Of a DNA stretch of 48,707 bases, positions 21,108-32,170 are shown in pieces (within the stretch, counting starts at the first letter, position 1; each line of letters begins with the position of its first letter). This DNA comes from Trichomonas gallinae (taxonomy: Eukaryota), in NCBI GenBank assembly GCA_008369845.1, contig MRSU01010908.1:1-48707 (forward strand), in the 5' to 3' direction. A program made the translations under genes and the position numbers. Under the pieces are notes generated by a model, which was not told the origin of the DNA, did no database searches, and saw only the letters and a list, made by a program, of their open reading frames with translations.

Positions 21108-21775
21108 AAATAACTGATAAACTGACAGAGTTATTCAAAATCAGCATCTTTTGTTTTTAGGATCATTATATGATCAAAAACACGAAAATACTGGAATTTT
21201 GCAAATCTGACAATTTTTTTTCCACATTCCAGATTTTAGTATAATACTATAATAAATCCTTTATATTTCACTTTTTCAAATCTATCTTCGGTAAAATTCC
21301 AATATTATAAATTACAAATTTATCGATATGATACATTCCATATTAACCAACACTATTGAAGTTGTATCTATTTCATCTAGGATATACATTTTCATCTAAA
21401 CTAATAATTATGCCATATTAATTTTTTCAATTTAATTTTACAGTGCTATACAAATATTAAAGCATGCCAAGTGAAGTGCAAGACTGAACCATCTTCTATC
21501 AATCTACATGTGTAAATAATACCGATGAAATGAGTGAAAATATTAATAAGTATATTTTTATGCATCAGAATAGGTGGGAATAGAATAACTGTGCCATAGA
21601 GCATTGGGTATACTAATTAATTTGGAATATTGCCTTTAATGAATTCAATATATTTTGACTTTTGTAAAAATTTTATCATTTTCGGTTATATTATTTAGAA
21701 ATGAATTATTATAAACCAAAAACAAAAGAAAATAAAAATCGCATCAAACGTCACTTTTTGTAAATAAAACATCAA

Positions 21776-22288
21776 ATGACTTCTTCACAGTCTTTGGTGC
21801 CACTTATTGGGAAAATGGTAGGCTGCGGTAGATTATTCACCAGCACATTCCTTTTCAACAGAAGAAACGAGCCAGTGTCTGTGCAAACGGAAGAAAAAGC
21901 TTCTGAAAAATCAATTCAAACTAAACCAAATGTTTTTCCCGAACCAATCATAAAAAACCATCATCATAAGAAAGCAAATGATGGTGATGAGAAAAATACC
22001 CCAAAAGCATCGCGATCTAAAAACTTTGATGATTTCAGTAAAGGTATTTTGATGGATTGGCTCATTCAACATAAAGATAAACCATATGCTAGCATCCCAC
22101 AACGACGTGAATTGGCAAAATTGACTGGTTTATCTGAGAAACAAATTAAAACTTGGTTAACAAATGCTAGAATCAGACAAAGGACTCTTCTTGGCCGTGT
22201 TCCAGAGTTAGCTGCAAAGAAAGCTAGTCATCAAAATGCTCTTGCTAAAATCAAACTTCTGGAAGAAATGGTAGGTCAAAAATCTTAA
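21776..22288 (+). CDS. TALE/KN-class homeodomain transcription factor
   Basis: ILMDWLIQHKDKPYAS...ELAKLTGLSEKQIKTWLTNARIR, showing the three-residue loop extension with PY; TCACTTTT Inr-like motif at 21751. Confidence 0.92.
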   Translation: MTSSQSLVPLIGKMVGCGRLFTSTFLFNRRNEPVSVQTEEKASEKSIQTKPNVFPEPIIKNHHHKKANDGDEKNTPKASRSKNFDDFSKGILMDWLIQHKDKPYASIPQRRELAKLTGLSEKQIKTWLTNARIRQRTLLGRVPELAAKKASHQNALAKIKLLEEMVGQKS

Positions 22289-22843
22289 TATATTCCCATA
22301 TTATTGTTATATTTGTTATTTTATCCACTATTGTATTGTATTTCTATTAAACTGTTTGATAGATTCTTATATTTATAACATTCCTAATTTGAATCGATCC
22401 AAAACAAGCATTTATATATATTCATGTAAAGTTAATAATATTTATATCATATAGAATATGCTATCCAGAATAGTTATTTCAATTTTTACAAAATTTTGAT
22501 AAAATTATGAAATGAATTTTGATAATATAATGATTTAAACAAAACTTATATTGAGGAAAAGTATTAGTTAATCTATATGATGTTAATAATTCAATATAAA
22601 CCATTTAACTCGATAATTTATAAAAAAATTTATTTTTATAATTTTTTGTTCTTGAAATATGTTACTATGCATTAGACTATTTTACAGTATGGATAAGTTC
22701 CTTATTGTTTTATAGCTATTCAAGGCTCAATAAAGGATATTTAGGTTATATGGACATTGTAATTTTTTCAATGAATCACATCAAATTTTTGACATGTATA
22801 ATTTTGAATTTTTATTTACATGTCATAAGATTTTATTACAAAA

Positions 22844-24157
22844 ATGAAGCAGAGAATTTGCGATTCAGACTTTTTATTTTGGGTTTCAAGTGATGAATTA
22901 TCAACTGATTTCGCATATTTAAGGACATTCCTCGAAAACAAATCAACAGATTACTCGAAATTCATGAAATTATTTTTAATACCAGGGAAACAATATGCAG
23001 AAGAGAAGGAAATCGCGCAGCTCAAGCAAAAATCAACGAACCCTTTTGCAAAGGCAATACTAGCATCAAGCATAGACTCACTTTGCCGTTTAAAAAATAT
23101 TCCATCGGATGTAAAGCCTCATGATTTCGAAGATATGTTCAAAACATGCTTCTTCCTCCCCGAATTTATCAGTAGATCTCTGTATAATTTAATTGCCATT
23201 AAAATTTACAATAAAAAAGCGAAAACGGTTAAATTTAAAGACATAATTAAGTTCATGTCAGATAATTTTACAAAATCTACAATCGATGATCTATTTTTCT
23301 TCACTCTTTCGGAAGATATCAAAGCAAAAACATGCAAAACGCAGTGTTTATTCAAAATACTATACAGATATGTAAGCACTGACAGGAAATTTGCTTCATT
23401 GGATCTTGAATCACAAGGTTATCGCACAAAAGAACAAAAAATCAACATTTTATCAGATTTCGCAATATATATTTGCGCAAAGATCGAAACAGTATTTGAT
23501 TCAGAGCTACATGGCAAATTAGAACGTAGATATATAACTTTAGATCTTTTCCTCAAAGCATTAAATAATTTTGCGTTATTTGATCATTTCGTTGTAGTTC
23601 TTTCCAAATTTAAGCAGCTACAGTCATCAACAGCGGATTTCATATCATTTAGAGAACTACTTGAATACGACAGACAAAGAGTTGACCAAGAAATTCTCAA
23701 AAGAGTTTTGTCGTTTTTGTCGAACAAATCAGACAACATCAACTTCCACACTTTCGTTAAGTTTGTTACGTTTTTGGAGGACAAAGCATCTGTTGGCGCC
23801 TTGAACTTTTGGTTTAAAGTCTGCGACATGGATGAGGATGGATACATATCTATCGGCGAAATGGAATATTTATATAAGAAGCAGATTCAAAAACTGAAAT
23901 CAATTGGAATTGACACAGATCCATTTGAAGTCGTTTTGCCGGAGCTGATGGATGCCATTAATGTTAAAGGCACACAAATATCAAGAAAAGATTTAAGAGC
24001 ATCAGGAAGATGGATGAACTTTTTCAATATTCTCGTTGATCCGAAGATGTACAGCGATTCTGATTTCAAAGACCCACTGTTCAGTTTTGCTCTCAATGCT
24101 TCTGCTGCTCAAACATCCCTTTGGGATGAATATGTTGAGCGTGAAAAATACAACTAA
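22844..24157 (+). CDS. PP2A regulatory subunit B''-like (PR72/PR48 type) EF-hand protein
   Basis: F..F...LEDK....ALNFWFKVCDMDEDGYISIGEMEYLY...I...DL..SG...FFNIL...WDEY. Confidence 0.88.
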   Translation: MKQRICDSDFLFWVSSDELSTDFAYLRTFLENKSTDYSKFMKLFLIPGKQYAEEKEIAQLKQKSTNPFAKAILASSIDSLCRLKNIPSDVKPHDFEDMFKTCFFLPEFISRSLYNLIAIKIYNKKAKTVKFKDIIKFMSDNFTKSTIDDLFFFTLSEDIKAKTCKTQCLFKILYRYVSTDRKFASLDLESQGYRTKEQKINILSDFAIYICAKIETVFDSELHGKLERRYITLDLFLKALNNFALFDHFVVVLSKFKQLQSSTADFISFRELLEYDRQRVDQEILKRVLSFLSNKSDNINFHTFVKFVTFLEDKASVGALNFWFKVCDMDEDGYISIGEMEYLYKKQIQKLKSIGIDTDPFEVVLPELMDAINVKGTQISRKDLRASGRWMNFFNILVDPKMYSDSDFKDPLFSFALNASAAQTSLWDEYVEREKYN

Positions 24158-24602
24158 TTTCAATCATTTGTTATGTTTGTTATTTAATTTCTAATTTTTA
24201 AAATTTCATAAACCACTACTTTAGTTAAAACTTTATTATTATCTTTGACACTGATAATCACAGATTCATTAATGACTTGTTGTAATATTGATCTGTTCTA
24301 ATATTAATATACAACTTCAGTATAAGTTATGATTAACCATTAAATATATTTTGTTAATTAAAAGATTATCAATGATAAATATTTTAATGTAGAATATGAA
24401 TTTGATCGTGAATAATAGCAAAGACAATAGAATGAACTATTGCATTTTGAATTTATCAAATGGTAAACAATGCAACTATTGATCAATGAAATAAAAATGA
24501 TAACATTTCATTGTTCAGTATCATTTTAAATGATAAAAAAAGTTGTTGAAATTTAGTGAAATAAAATACATTGTTTAGTGTTAAATAATATAAAAATATA
24601 AG

Positions 24603-27600
24603 TTATTCTGCACTGATTTCGTTATCTGCTGGTTGAGGAGGAGGAGGTGGAATTGACTCGACGACAGGCAAGTTTCCTATAGAAATGTTTTGTGGAATTG
24701 CCTGTGCTGAGATTACAGTTGTCTTCGCAGGTGGTGTAATGATGTATGCCATTTGTTCACCTTTACCTTTGAGGAAGATCTTACCTCTCTCTGCGACATT
24801 GAAGCCTTTGTCTTTGATCAAATCGTAAGTTGCCTGACTGATCTGAATCATGTTAGGAATGTCAGTGCTCTGAAGTCTTGATGCGACGTTGATTGGGTCA
24901 CCGATGATATCGAATAGTGGCTTATCAATACCGAGAACGCCGGCAATGAGAGGACCACCAGTGTTGATACCGATTCTGACCGATAAAGAAGCTTCCAAAA
25001 TTTCGTTTGCTTCTTCCAATCCATGTAATGCACCAATGGCGAAATTAATCATCTCTGTTGCATGTACATCAGGGGAAACATCTGGATTAAACAAACCAGC
25101 AGCAGCCATGTAGACATCACCAATTAACTTGATCTTGATCAATGTCGGGAATTTAGGAACAAGTTCATCATAGTAATTGAAAATTCTGCCAAGGTTCTGC
25201 ATGATCTGTCTTGCAGTCAATGTTGCCGCGTAGTCAGAGAATTTCTGTATATCAATGAATATGATTGTTGCTGAGTTGACTGTGAAAGAAATCTCTGTTT
25301 CTCCAGCATTCATCTTTTGGACAATCATCGGTGGAAGAATTTGATTAAGCAATCTTTCAGCTGATTTCTTAGCTTCTTCAACTTGTCTCATCTGGCGCTC
25401 AATCTGTGTCTGATCATTGGCTATGAGTGCGAAAGCCATGCCTCTGTTCATGCACAACAATGTTGACTCTAAAACAATTTCAGTTCCATCATCCTTCAAG
25501 CCTCTGATTTTCGATGTATAAGTCATAGCTGCCTGGTTCTGTTTCATTAGTTGAGCTTGTCTGTAGAGTCTGTCATTAGGATTCATTTCTGTTGCTGTGA
25601 TGGAAGTGTTAGTTGTTGTCGTTGTTGCGCTCAAAGTGTTTACAGATGAAACAGGAATCAAAGACGATAATGCTTGACCAAGCAATTGTTCAGGGGTATA
25701 TCCGAACATGGTTGAAGCTGCTGTATTCATCGCTTCAATTGTTAACTCTGAGCTCAGCGAGAAAATTGCGCTTGGTGATGAGTCAATTACGGCGTGTTCA
25801 GCTGACAATTGTTGAATTCTTGTTGATTTAGTTTTGCCGATGATCAAATTCAAAAGTGAAGCATTTGCGATGACTTGCGATGGCGGGAATCTAGACATTA
25901 ATATTCTAAACACAGCGAATGATGATTCCAAGTATTTGATGATAATTTCTTCGAAAATGAAGAATAATAAGCAGCACAAAATGCAGACAAGCATCAAAAC
26001 TAAAACTTCATTCGTGAAATTCTTCTCTAAATCTGTGGCTGATCCTATAATATAATCCTGCTCTTTTTCTAACAAAGGCAACAAGTGATAGAAACAGATA
26101 TGCTCTAAAATAGCAAAAGATGGAGACTGTAGAACATCTCTATTCAATGCTAAATCGAAATAAACATCTTGCGACAATTTAATGAAAATTGTCATCAAAA
26201 TTTCGAGCGATGCACATCTGTAGTTATTATGCATGTCTGTTTCATTATCATTTACATTCTGTGTGCAAGTGTTATCATAGCTCAAAGAGTCGATATAGCT
26301 TGAATATCTGTTGATTGGATTTGTTTTATTTGTGAAAACTGTTAATTCGAAATGTGATTCTTCAGCAACACTTCTTGCATTTGCCATGTATGACAAAAAT
26401 GTCTCCTTTGTTGCATAAGGTGTATTGCCTTGTCTTATCAAAATAGCATTCATGTATGCGAGCGAAACGGTTTCAATGACACTAGGGAATCTTCTTGAAG
26501 ACAAATCAGCCCAGTGGCTCAAATCTTTGTAATTAGTATTTGTCGTTTCGAATTTCAAGAACATGACAAGCCACAAAATTGTAGTTATCAATGAGTAAAG
26601 AATCAGCAAAATCGGGAAAATGATTCTTGGCAAACGATTGGGCTCTATATAAGCAGCGGCACCTGAATCTTTCTCTTGTTCATCTTTTCTCGTGGAAATC
26701 GGCCTAGATGCTTCAATGAATGTGTCTTTAGGTGTCAGCATCAAGTTGGCAAAGAAATCTTTGACTTCGTGAATGAAATACAAATAGATAATAAATGAAG
26801 GCAAGAATGTAACCAAAAAGATTCCAATTGATCCAAATATTGATATCCAAATCATAACTTTGGCGAAATCGTCTGATGTTTCTGATTCTCTATCAGCGAA
26901 AATAGCTATGTGTCCTAAAATAGAATCATAAATCATCGGAATGTTTTGTACAACTTCGCACATTTCTCTGGATTCATTCCAAACTGTTGCATTCTTTCCT
27001 TGCAGTTGTTCTGTTGCTAAAACGATCTTGAAGAGATAACCAAGAAGTCCACGCTCAGAAGTAGAAGCCAGATCCATAGGAACTCCATTCTCTGTGCAGA
27101 AAATACCATAACCGTTCAATATGAATTTTTCTGACAATTTAATTAAATCATAATCATCTCTGGCAAGATTTGACAGCGATAAACTCATCAAGTCGATCAT
27201 TTTAATTCCTTCTGCAGCTGAATTCCTTAAAACACCAACTGTATCAGTGTTGATATCGACAAATGGTGTTTCTAAGCTTGTGTTATAGCCTACGAAAAGA
27301 TCAATCATAAATTTTGGTAGTGACATACCTAATGAGTTAGCCCACAATTTAACGACAGCCATGTAACCGACAACATAACTTTCGAACGTTTGTGCGATGT
27401 AAGCAATGAGATTGACCATGTTTGATCTACTGGAGAACAAATAGTAAGAGCCAATGAGCATTGCAATTGATGCGACGATAACCATAATAGTTTTGACGAT
27501 AACTGCGACTTGTAATGATATCAATGTTCTCGATGAAACATTGTCAATTGCTCTTCTCAAAGCGAATCTCAGCTTCGGCTTAGAGAAAACTCTTGAGGCC

Positions 27601-29384
27601 TGCTCTTCGTCGCAGTCTTCAAGCATGATTGCAAGGCTTTGGCTGGATGATGCGCTAGATGAATTTGACTGCGAGCCATTTCCTTTGAAGCTGACCACTT
27701 TTTTACCTCTGTGATCGAGAATGTTTTGCTTGATGTAGACTGGGAATAAGTTGACCATTGATCTAAATGCATAGTCAATAGCAATGTTTGAACCTCTCTC
27801 CATTGATTCTGCCCTGTAGAACCAGTTTGCTCCTTCTTGGAAATCAGTCCTGCATTCGATTAAATACCTCGAGTATTCATATGCGAGCCTGACTGAGTTA
27901 GGATACTTATCCATTGCTTCCAAGCAGATTCCCAATGTTTTCTGGTTCGCAGAATGGAAGCCCGCGAGTGCATCTATAGTCAGCTCCTGGTTGTTATCGA
28001 GTGCGCGAAGGAAAAAGCCGGAAAATGCTTGAGACATCTTATGCGTTGCTTTTTGAACTTCCGCGAAATCGTAATTCGATTGTCTTGTGGCCGAAGACTG
28101 CCTTAAGATGTGAATTCTCTTGATCTGGTAGAACAAAAACCTCTGTGCGAAGTTAAGATCAGAATGTTTGTTAATAATCGAAACATAATGATTCAATAAT
28201 TGGCTTTCTGAAGGGAAAAAGGATAAAAACTGAGCAATGCGTAGGAATGTCTTTGTTGTTGGATGTGCTTGTGTTATTTCTCTTATTAACGTCCATTGAA
28301 CGAATTCTTCTGGATTATCTGAAATTGACAACATAAGCAATAATAAAGCGCGACCTTCGGTATCTATGTTTCTCTTTGTTACAATTGATTTCCTAAACCT
28401 GTCGTCTACTGGAATCATTACAAAACACATAATAATGAATGGAACAAAGCACAAAACAAGCTTTACCCAGTTATTGAAAGGAATAACAGTAACAATTGTT
28501 GAAACAAACATCTGAAATAGAAGGGATTGATAATATGAATTCATATTTTTGTTAATAAATTGTAATCCTAATGATCTAACCATTAATATCATAATAATGA
28601 TAGCTGCACAAGCAATGAGTGCGTATTTCGTCCATGTATTGAAGAAAATTAACATTTGGCTGAAAAATATTTGACCGCATGTTAACATGTAAGTTAAATA
28701 GTAATCAATTCCTGACCATTGCACGAAGCATGTGTTTTCTAGATATGCAGTAGAGGAACGGAAAGTGATATCTATGTAAAAAATTGCTGATGAACAAATT
28801 ACACCTATAATCAGCAAAATAAAGATTACTACTTCATTGGCTGTGTATTCGCCATCCAAAACAGTTATGAATTCGAATGATAAAGCCCAAAAAATTGGAA
28901 TGTAAATAATGTGATTGATTGTGGAAGTTAGAAAACGTGTGAATTTGATTGCTGATCTATCGAATGACTTGTTTAATTGATAGAACAGGAGGATTGTTAT
29001 TGTCCAAAGGAAAATTAAAATCGAAACAATGATTAAAACAGCCTGTGGGATGTTTTTTGATCTAATACTTTCATCTCCAAGACCAAAGTCGGCGACATAA
29101 TGAATGTAACGAACAATTTTTGCAGGAATTTTTGTTGTTTCCCAAGCGCCAAAGTTAAAATAGAAGCAATATGAAATTAATTGCTGCAAGAATGTAACCA
29201 TCACCACAAATCGTGCGAATAAATGATATTGCGGTGCGATTCTGGACAATTCGTCGTATAATGGAAATACTGCATCATACGATGTAGATAGTGACGAATC
29301 AATAAGTTCTTGGCTAGACGCAGAACTGGCAGACATTGAGCGCTGCGAGCTCGAAGCACCATCGCCAACTAAAGGAATATTCAT
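24603..29384 (-). CDS. Transmembrane class III adenylyl cyclase with PAS domain
   Basis: Multiple hydrophobic segments; PAS MNTAASTMFGYTPEQLLGQ; catalytic motifs IIFIDIQKFS, KIKLIGDVYMAA (Lys specifying ATP), VRIGINTG and FDIIGDPINVASRLQ all intact. Confidence 0.95.
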   Translation of the reverse strand: MNIPLVGDGASSSQRSMSASSASSQELIDSSLSTSYDAVFPLYDELSRIAPQYHLFARFVVMVTFLQQLISYCFYFNFGAWETTKIPAKIVRYIHYVADFGLGDESIRSKNIPQAVLIIVSILIFLWTITILLFYQLNKSFDRSAIKFTRFLTSTINHIIYIPIFWALSFEFITVLDGEYTANEVVIFILLIIGVICSSAIFYIDITFRSSTAYLENTCFVQWSGIDYYLTYMLTCGQIFFSQMLIFFNTWTKYALIACAAIIIMILMVRSLGLQFINKNMNSYYQSLLFQMFVSTIVTVIPFNNWVKLVLCFVPFIIMCFVMIPVDDRFRKSIVTKRNIDTEGRALLLLMLSISDNPEEFVQWTLIREITQAHPTTKTFLRIAQFLSFFPSESQLLNHYVSIINKHSDLNFAQRFLFYQIKRIHILRQSSATRQSNYDFAEVQKATHKMSQAFSGFFLRALDNNQELTIDALAGFHSANQKTLGICLEAMDKYPNSVRLAYEYSRYLIECRTDFQEGANWFYRAESMERGSNIAIDYAFRSMVNLFPVYIKQNILDHRGKKVVSFKGNGSQSNSSSASSSQSLAIMLEDCDEEQASRVFSKPKLRFALRRAIDNVSSRTLISLQVAVIVKTIMVIVASIAMLIGSYYLFSSRSNMVNLIAYIAQTFESYVVGYMAVVKLWANSLGMSLPKFMIDLFVGYNTSLETPFVDINTDTVGVLRNSAAEGIKMIDLMSLSLSNLARDDYDLIKLSEKFILNGYGIFCTENGVPMDLASTSERGLLGYLFKIVLATEQLQGKNATVWNESREMCEVVQNIPMIYDSILGHIAIFADRESETSDDFAKVMIWISIFGSIGIFLVTFLPSFIIYLYFIHEVKDFFANLMLTPKDTFIEASRPISTRKDEQEKDSGAAAYIEPNRLPRIIFPILLILYSLITTILWLVMFLKFETTNTNYKDLSHWADLSSRRFPSVIETVSLAYMNAILIRQGNTPYATKETFLSYMANARSVAEESHFELTVFTNKTNPINRYSSYIDSLSYDNTCTQNVNDNETDMHNNYRCASLEILMTIFIKLSQDVYFDLALNRDVLQSPSFAILEHICFYHLLPLLEKEQDYIIGSATDLEKNFTNEVLVLMLVCILCCLLFFIFEEIIIKYLESSFAVFRILMSRFPPSQVIANASLLNLIIGKTKSTRIQQLSAEHAVIDSSPSAIFSLSSELTIEAMNTAASTMFGYTPEQLLGQALSSLIPVSSVNTLSATTTTTNTSITATEMNPNDRLYRQAQLMKQNQAAMTYTSKIRGLKDDGTEIVLESTLLCMNRGMAFALIANDQTQIERQMRQVEEAKKSAERLLNQILPPMIVQKMNAGETEISFTVNSATIIFIDIQKFSDYAATLTARQIMQNLGRIFNYYDELVPKFPTLIKIKLIGDVYMAAAGLFNPDVSPDVHATEMINFAIGALHGLEEANEILEASLSVRIGINTGGPLIAGVLGIDKPLFDIIGDPINVASRLQSTDIPNMIQISQATYDLIKDKGFNVAERGKIFLKGKGEQMAYIITPPAKTTVISAQAIPQNISIGNLPVVESIPPPPPQPADNEISAE

Positions 29385-30530
29385 ATTTTCTTTAAAATTG
29401 TAAACTACTCAAAGAAAAATTTTTCTTCAAAAATATCATATATAACAATAATTGTATGATAAATATCAAATAAAAATATTTCAATAGTTTACAAAATTTA
29501 CGTTTTTTGATCACATTGAATTTTATTTTACATCAGACTTAAATGGGCGCGTTTTTTGGACCATCATTTTATTATCTATTATATTGCTTATCATAATCTA
29601 AAAGATTTAGATGTATTCTTTCATGTGGGTTTTTGTGCATGTAAACATCAGAAATAAGTGAGTTTAGTTTTTGTAACAACTATCATTTTATTATTTAAAA
29701 AAATTGTTTTAAATTGTAGTGTGTTTATTACTTTAAAATTGCTCAATTTTTGGATTAAGGTTATCATTTTGATCAATCGGTCAAAACACATGTGATAATG
29801 AAAATAGGATTTTCATATGATCATCTTTTAAATTTCCAAATAACTCATGGTTAATGGAATTCTATTGTTGAAATAATCCCATGAGAAAAGAGTATTTGAG
29901 GAATTAGCCAACATAACAGTGAAATAACATACTCTTAATCGTTAATATCGTTGATAAAATATGTTTCATAAAATATTTGAGATTTTTCAATATTTTATTG
30001 TTTATTTAATTATTTGTGAGTGAAAAATTCTAATTATGATAAAGAGATCCCATAAATCTCATTTTTCGCGTAAAAGAATTTATAAATAAAGAAAAATGAA
30101 TTTCTTTTATAAAAAAATATATGCTTTATGTTGTATTAAATATCGAAATAGTGTTTAAAATGCTAAATAGAAATCTGACAATAAAACTGTGAAAAGAAGT
30201 TTGATAATTTTTTTCATGACCATTTGTTGAAGCATGAATCAAAGCTGTTATGTCATTAAAGTTATTTGCATTTGCTTTTATTCCAGAGACTATGATGCGC
30301 ATCATGGCATATTTTAGTGCATACTACAATAAATCATTTAGCTGTAATTTTATAATTTTTGTTGGAAAATTATATTTCCGAAATTTGAGACAAAGTTCAC
30401 AAAAATTTGGCACTTAAATTGATGCAATGCTAAATGACTCATCATTTTTCACTGGAGTAAATTCACTCGATTGGCATAATCAATTAGTTGATCCAAATAA
30501 TATATGATATTATAATTTACTTTTCGATAA

Positions 30531-32081
30531 ATTAAAAACAGTCTAAATGCATACTATTTCATCTGGTTAGGTGTTAAAACTATATTTATTACTCTAACCT
30601 GTTTTACTTTTGTATTTTTAAGCCGATTTGCATATGCAAATCAACAATTATTAATTTGTAGCACAAATGGAGACAATCAAACAATATATACAGACATCAA
30701 TGGCGAAAGACATTATAATCCTTATAAAGATGGTTTGCTAAATATTGATGCATCAAATCCCAACAATTTTGAAATTCAAAGCAATACAATCATCACAAGT
30801 TTGTCCCTAAAAAATAAAGAACAATGTTTAGACCAAGGATGTAATTTAATAAATAACTGGCCTGATAATATTAATAGTATAGGCTCTAATGCCTTTAATA
30901 ATAGTAATATTTATAAAATACCATCAGCGTGGAACAACATCATTACTATTCATAGTAATGCATTTAAAAGTAATAAACTAGCTGCTTTGCCTTCTTCGTG
31001 GGCCAGCATTAATACTATTGGTAATAATGCTTTTGAGGATAATTTTATAAGTAAATTACCAAGTAGATGGGAAAATGTTAGAATAATAGGCGATGAAGCT
31101 TTCAAAAATAATAGATTAGTATATATTGGAGATAAAACTTGGAATGAAGTATATACATATACATCCGTTAAGTCATTTTCAGATGCAGTTGACTGTCCTG
31201 TTTATTATAATGATGCTGAGAGATGTAAAAATACTGGTTCAGTTTCTGGTAAAGCTAGAATTACTGGAGCACAAACAGTAAATTATCCTAATGCTGGACC
31301 TTATGGTACAACTGTTACCAGAACATGGCTGCAATTCACTGCTTGTGAAAATGCTAATGATGGCGATTTCTATTCTGTCAATGCATATAAGGGAGATTTA
31401 TATATTTCTCCAGAATATAGTGGACCAAGGCCATACACTTCAGGTCGTTGCAAAGCAACTACTACCACTACAACTCAATCAAGAGGAATATTTGATAAAA
31501 TAACCAGTATGGGAAATAATATTTTTTCCAATAATAAAATTCTTGATATTCAAACAATGAAACCACCAGCAGGGAAAACATTACAACAAATTGGTTTAAA
31601 AGGACCAAAAAATAACACAATAATTACAATTAACACAGAAAACTTTAACACATATTTCAATATCAATAATTCAAATCCAAATAATATTATTGCAGAAATA
31701 AAGCCAGAATATGCTAACAAAAACTATTATAATCTGCAAGAAATATCAAACAATATTAAAACTCTGATCGCATTAAACACATCAATAGTAAAACTTCCAA
31801 CCAAATGGAATGATGAATTAAAAAATATACAAATAGAAGGAATATTTTGCACTGTCCCTAATACGATACCTGAAAACTTGCAAAACATAAGTTTAAACAC
31901 AAAAACGTGCAACACACCTAATTATATTGAAGGGAACAAAACACATCTATATTTATTAACACCAAATGAAATAACAATAATAAAAACAAAATACAATGGT
32001 TATCCAAAAACTGCAACAAGACAATCACGAATAGGAAAAGAATGGAAATTTATAACTTTAATCATTAAGATAAATGCATAA
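30531..32081 (+). CDS. BspA/TpLRR-like leucine-rich repeat protein; no 5' ATG, possibly a pseudogene
   Basis: 23-aa repeats LPSxWxxIxxIGxxAFxxNxL. The frame is open from 30531 (after TAA 30528) and includes a hydrophobic segment ending in AYA; the first in-frame ATG lies only near 31509. Confidence 0.65.
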   Translation: MKNSLNAYYFIWLGVKTIFITLTCFTFVFLSRFAYANQQLLICSTNGDNQTIYTDINGERHYNPYKDGLLNIDASNPNNFEIQSNTIITSLSLKNKEQCLDQGCNLINNWPDNINSIGSNAFNNSNIYKIPSAWNNIITIHSNAFKSNKLAALPSSWASINTIGNNAFEDNFISKLPSRWENVRIIGDEAFKNNRLVYIGDKTWNEVYTYTSVKSFSDAVDCPVYYNDAERCKNTGSVSGKARITGAQTVNYPNAGPYGTTVTRTWLQFTACENANDGDFYSVNAYKGDLYISPEYSGPRPYTSGRCKATTTTTTQSRGIFDKITSMGNNIFSNNKILDIQTMKPPAGKTLQQIGLKGPKNNTIITINTENFNTYFNINNSNPNNIIAEIKPEYANKNYYNLQEISNNIKTLIALNTSIVKLPTKWNDELKNIQIEGIFCTVPNTIPENLQNISLNTKTCNTPNYIEGNKTHLYLLTPNEITIIKTKYNGYPKTATRQSRIGKEWKFITLIIKINA

Positions 32082-32170
32082 CAAATATAATCTTAATTAT
32101 ATACCGAATTGTCAAATATGAGTGATTAAATCTATAATAAAAAAATCTTGGTTCATTATTAATGAAAAAA

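Noticed and set aside
30427..32081. Mycoplasma-derived insert read with TGA=Trp (PNNI-TGA-YY)
   Set aside because: All Trp codons in the LRR frame are TGG, and TAA stops and a frameshift remain, so one TGA does not support genetic code 4.
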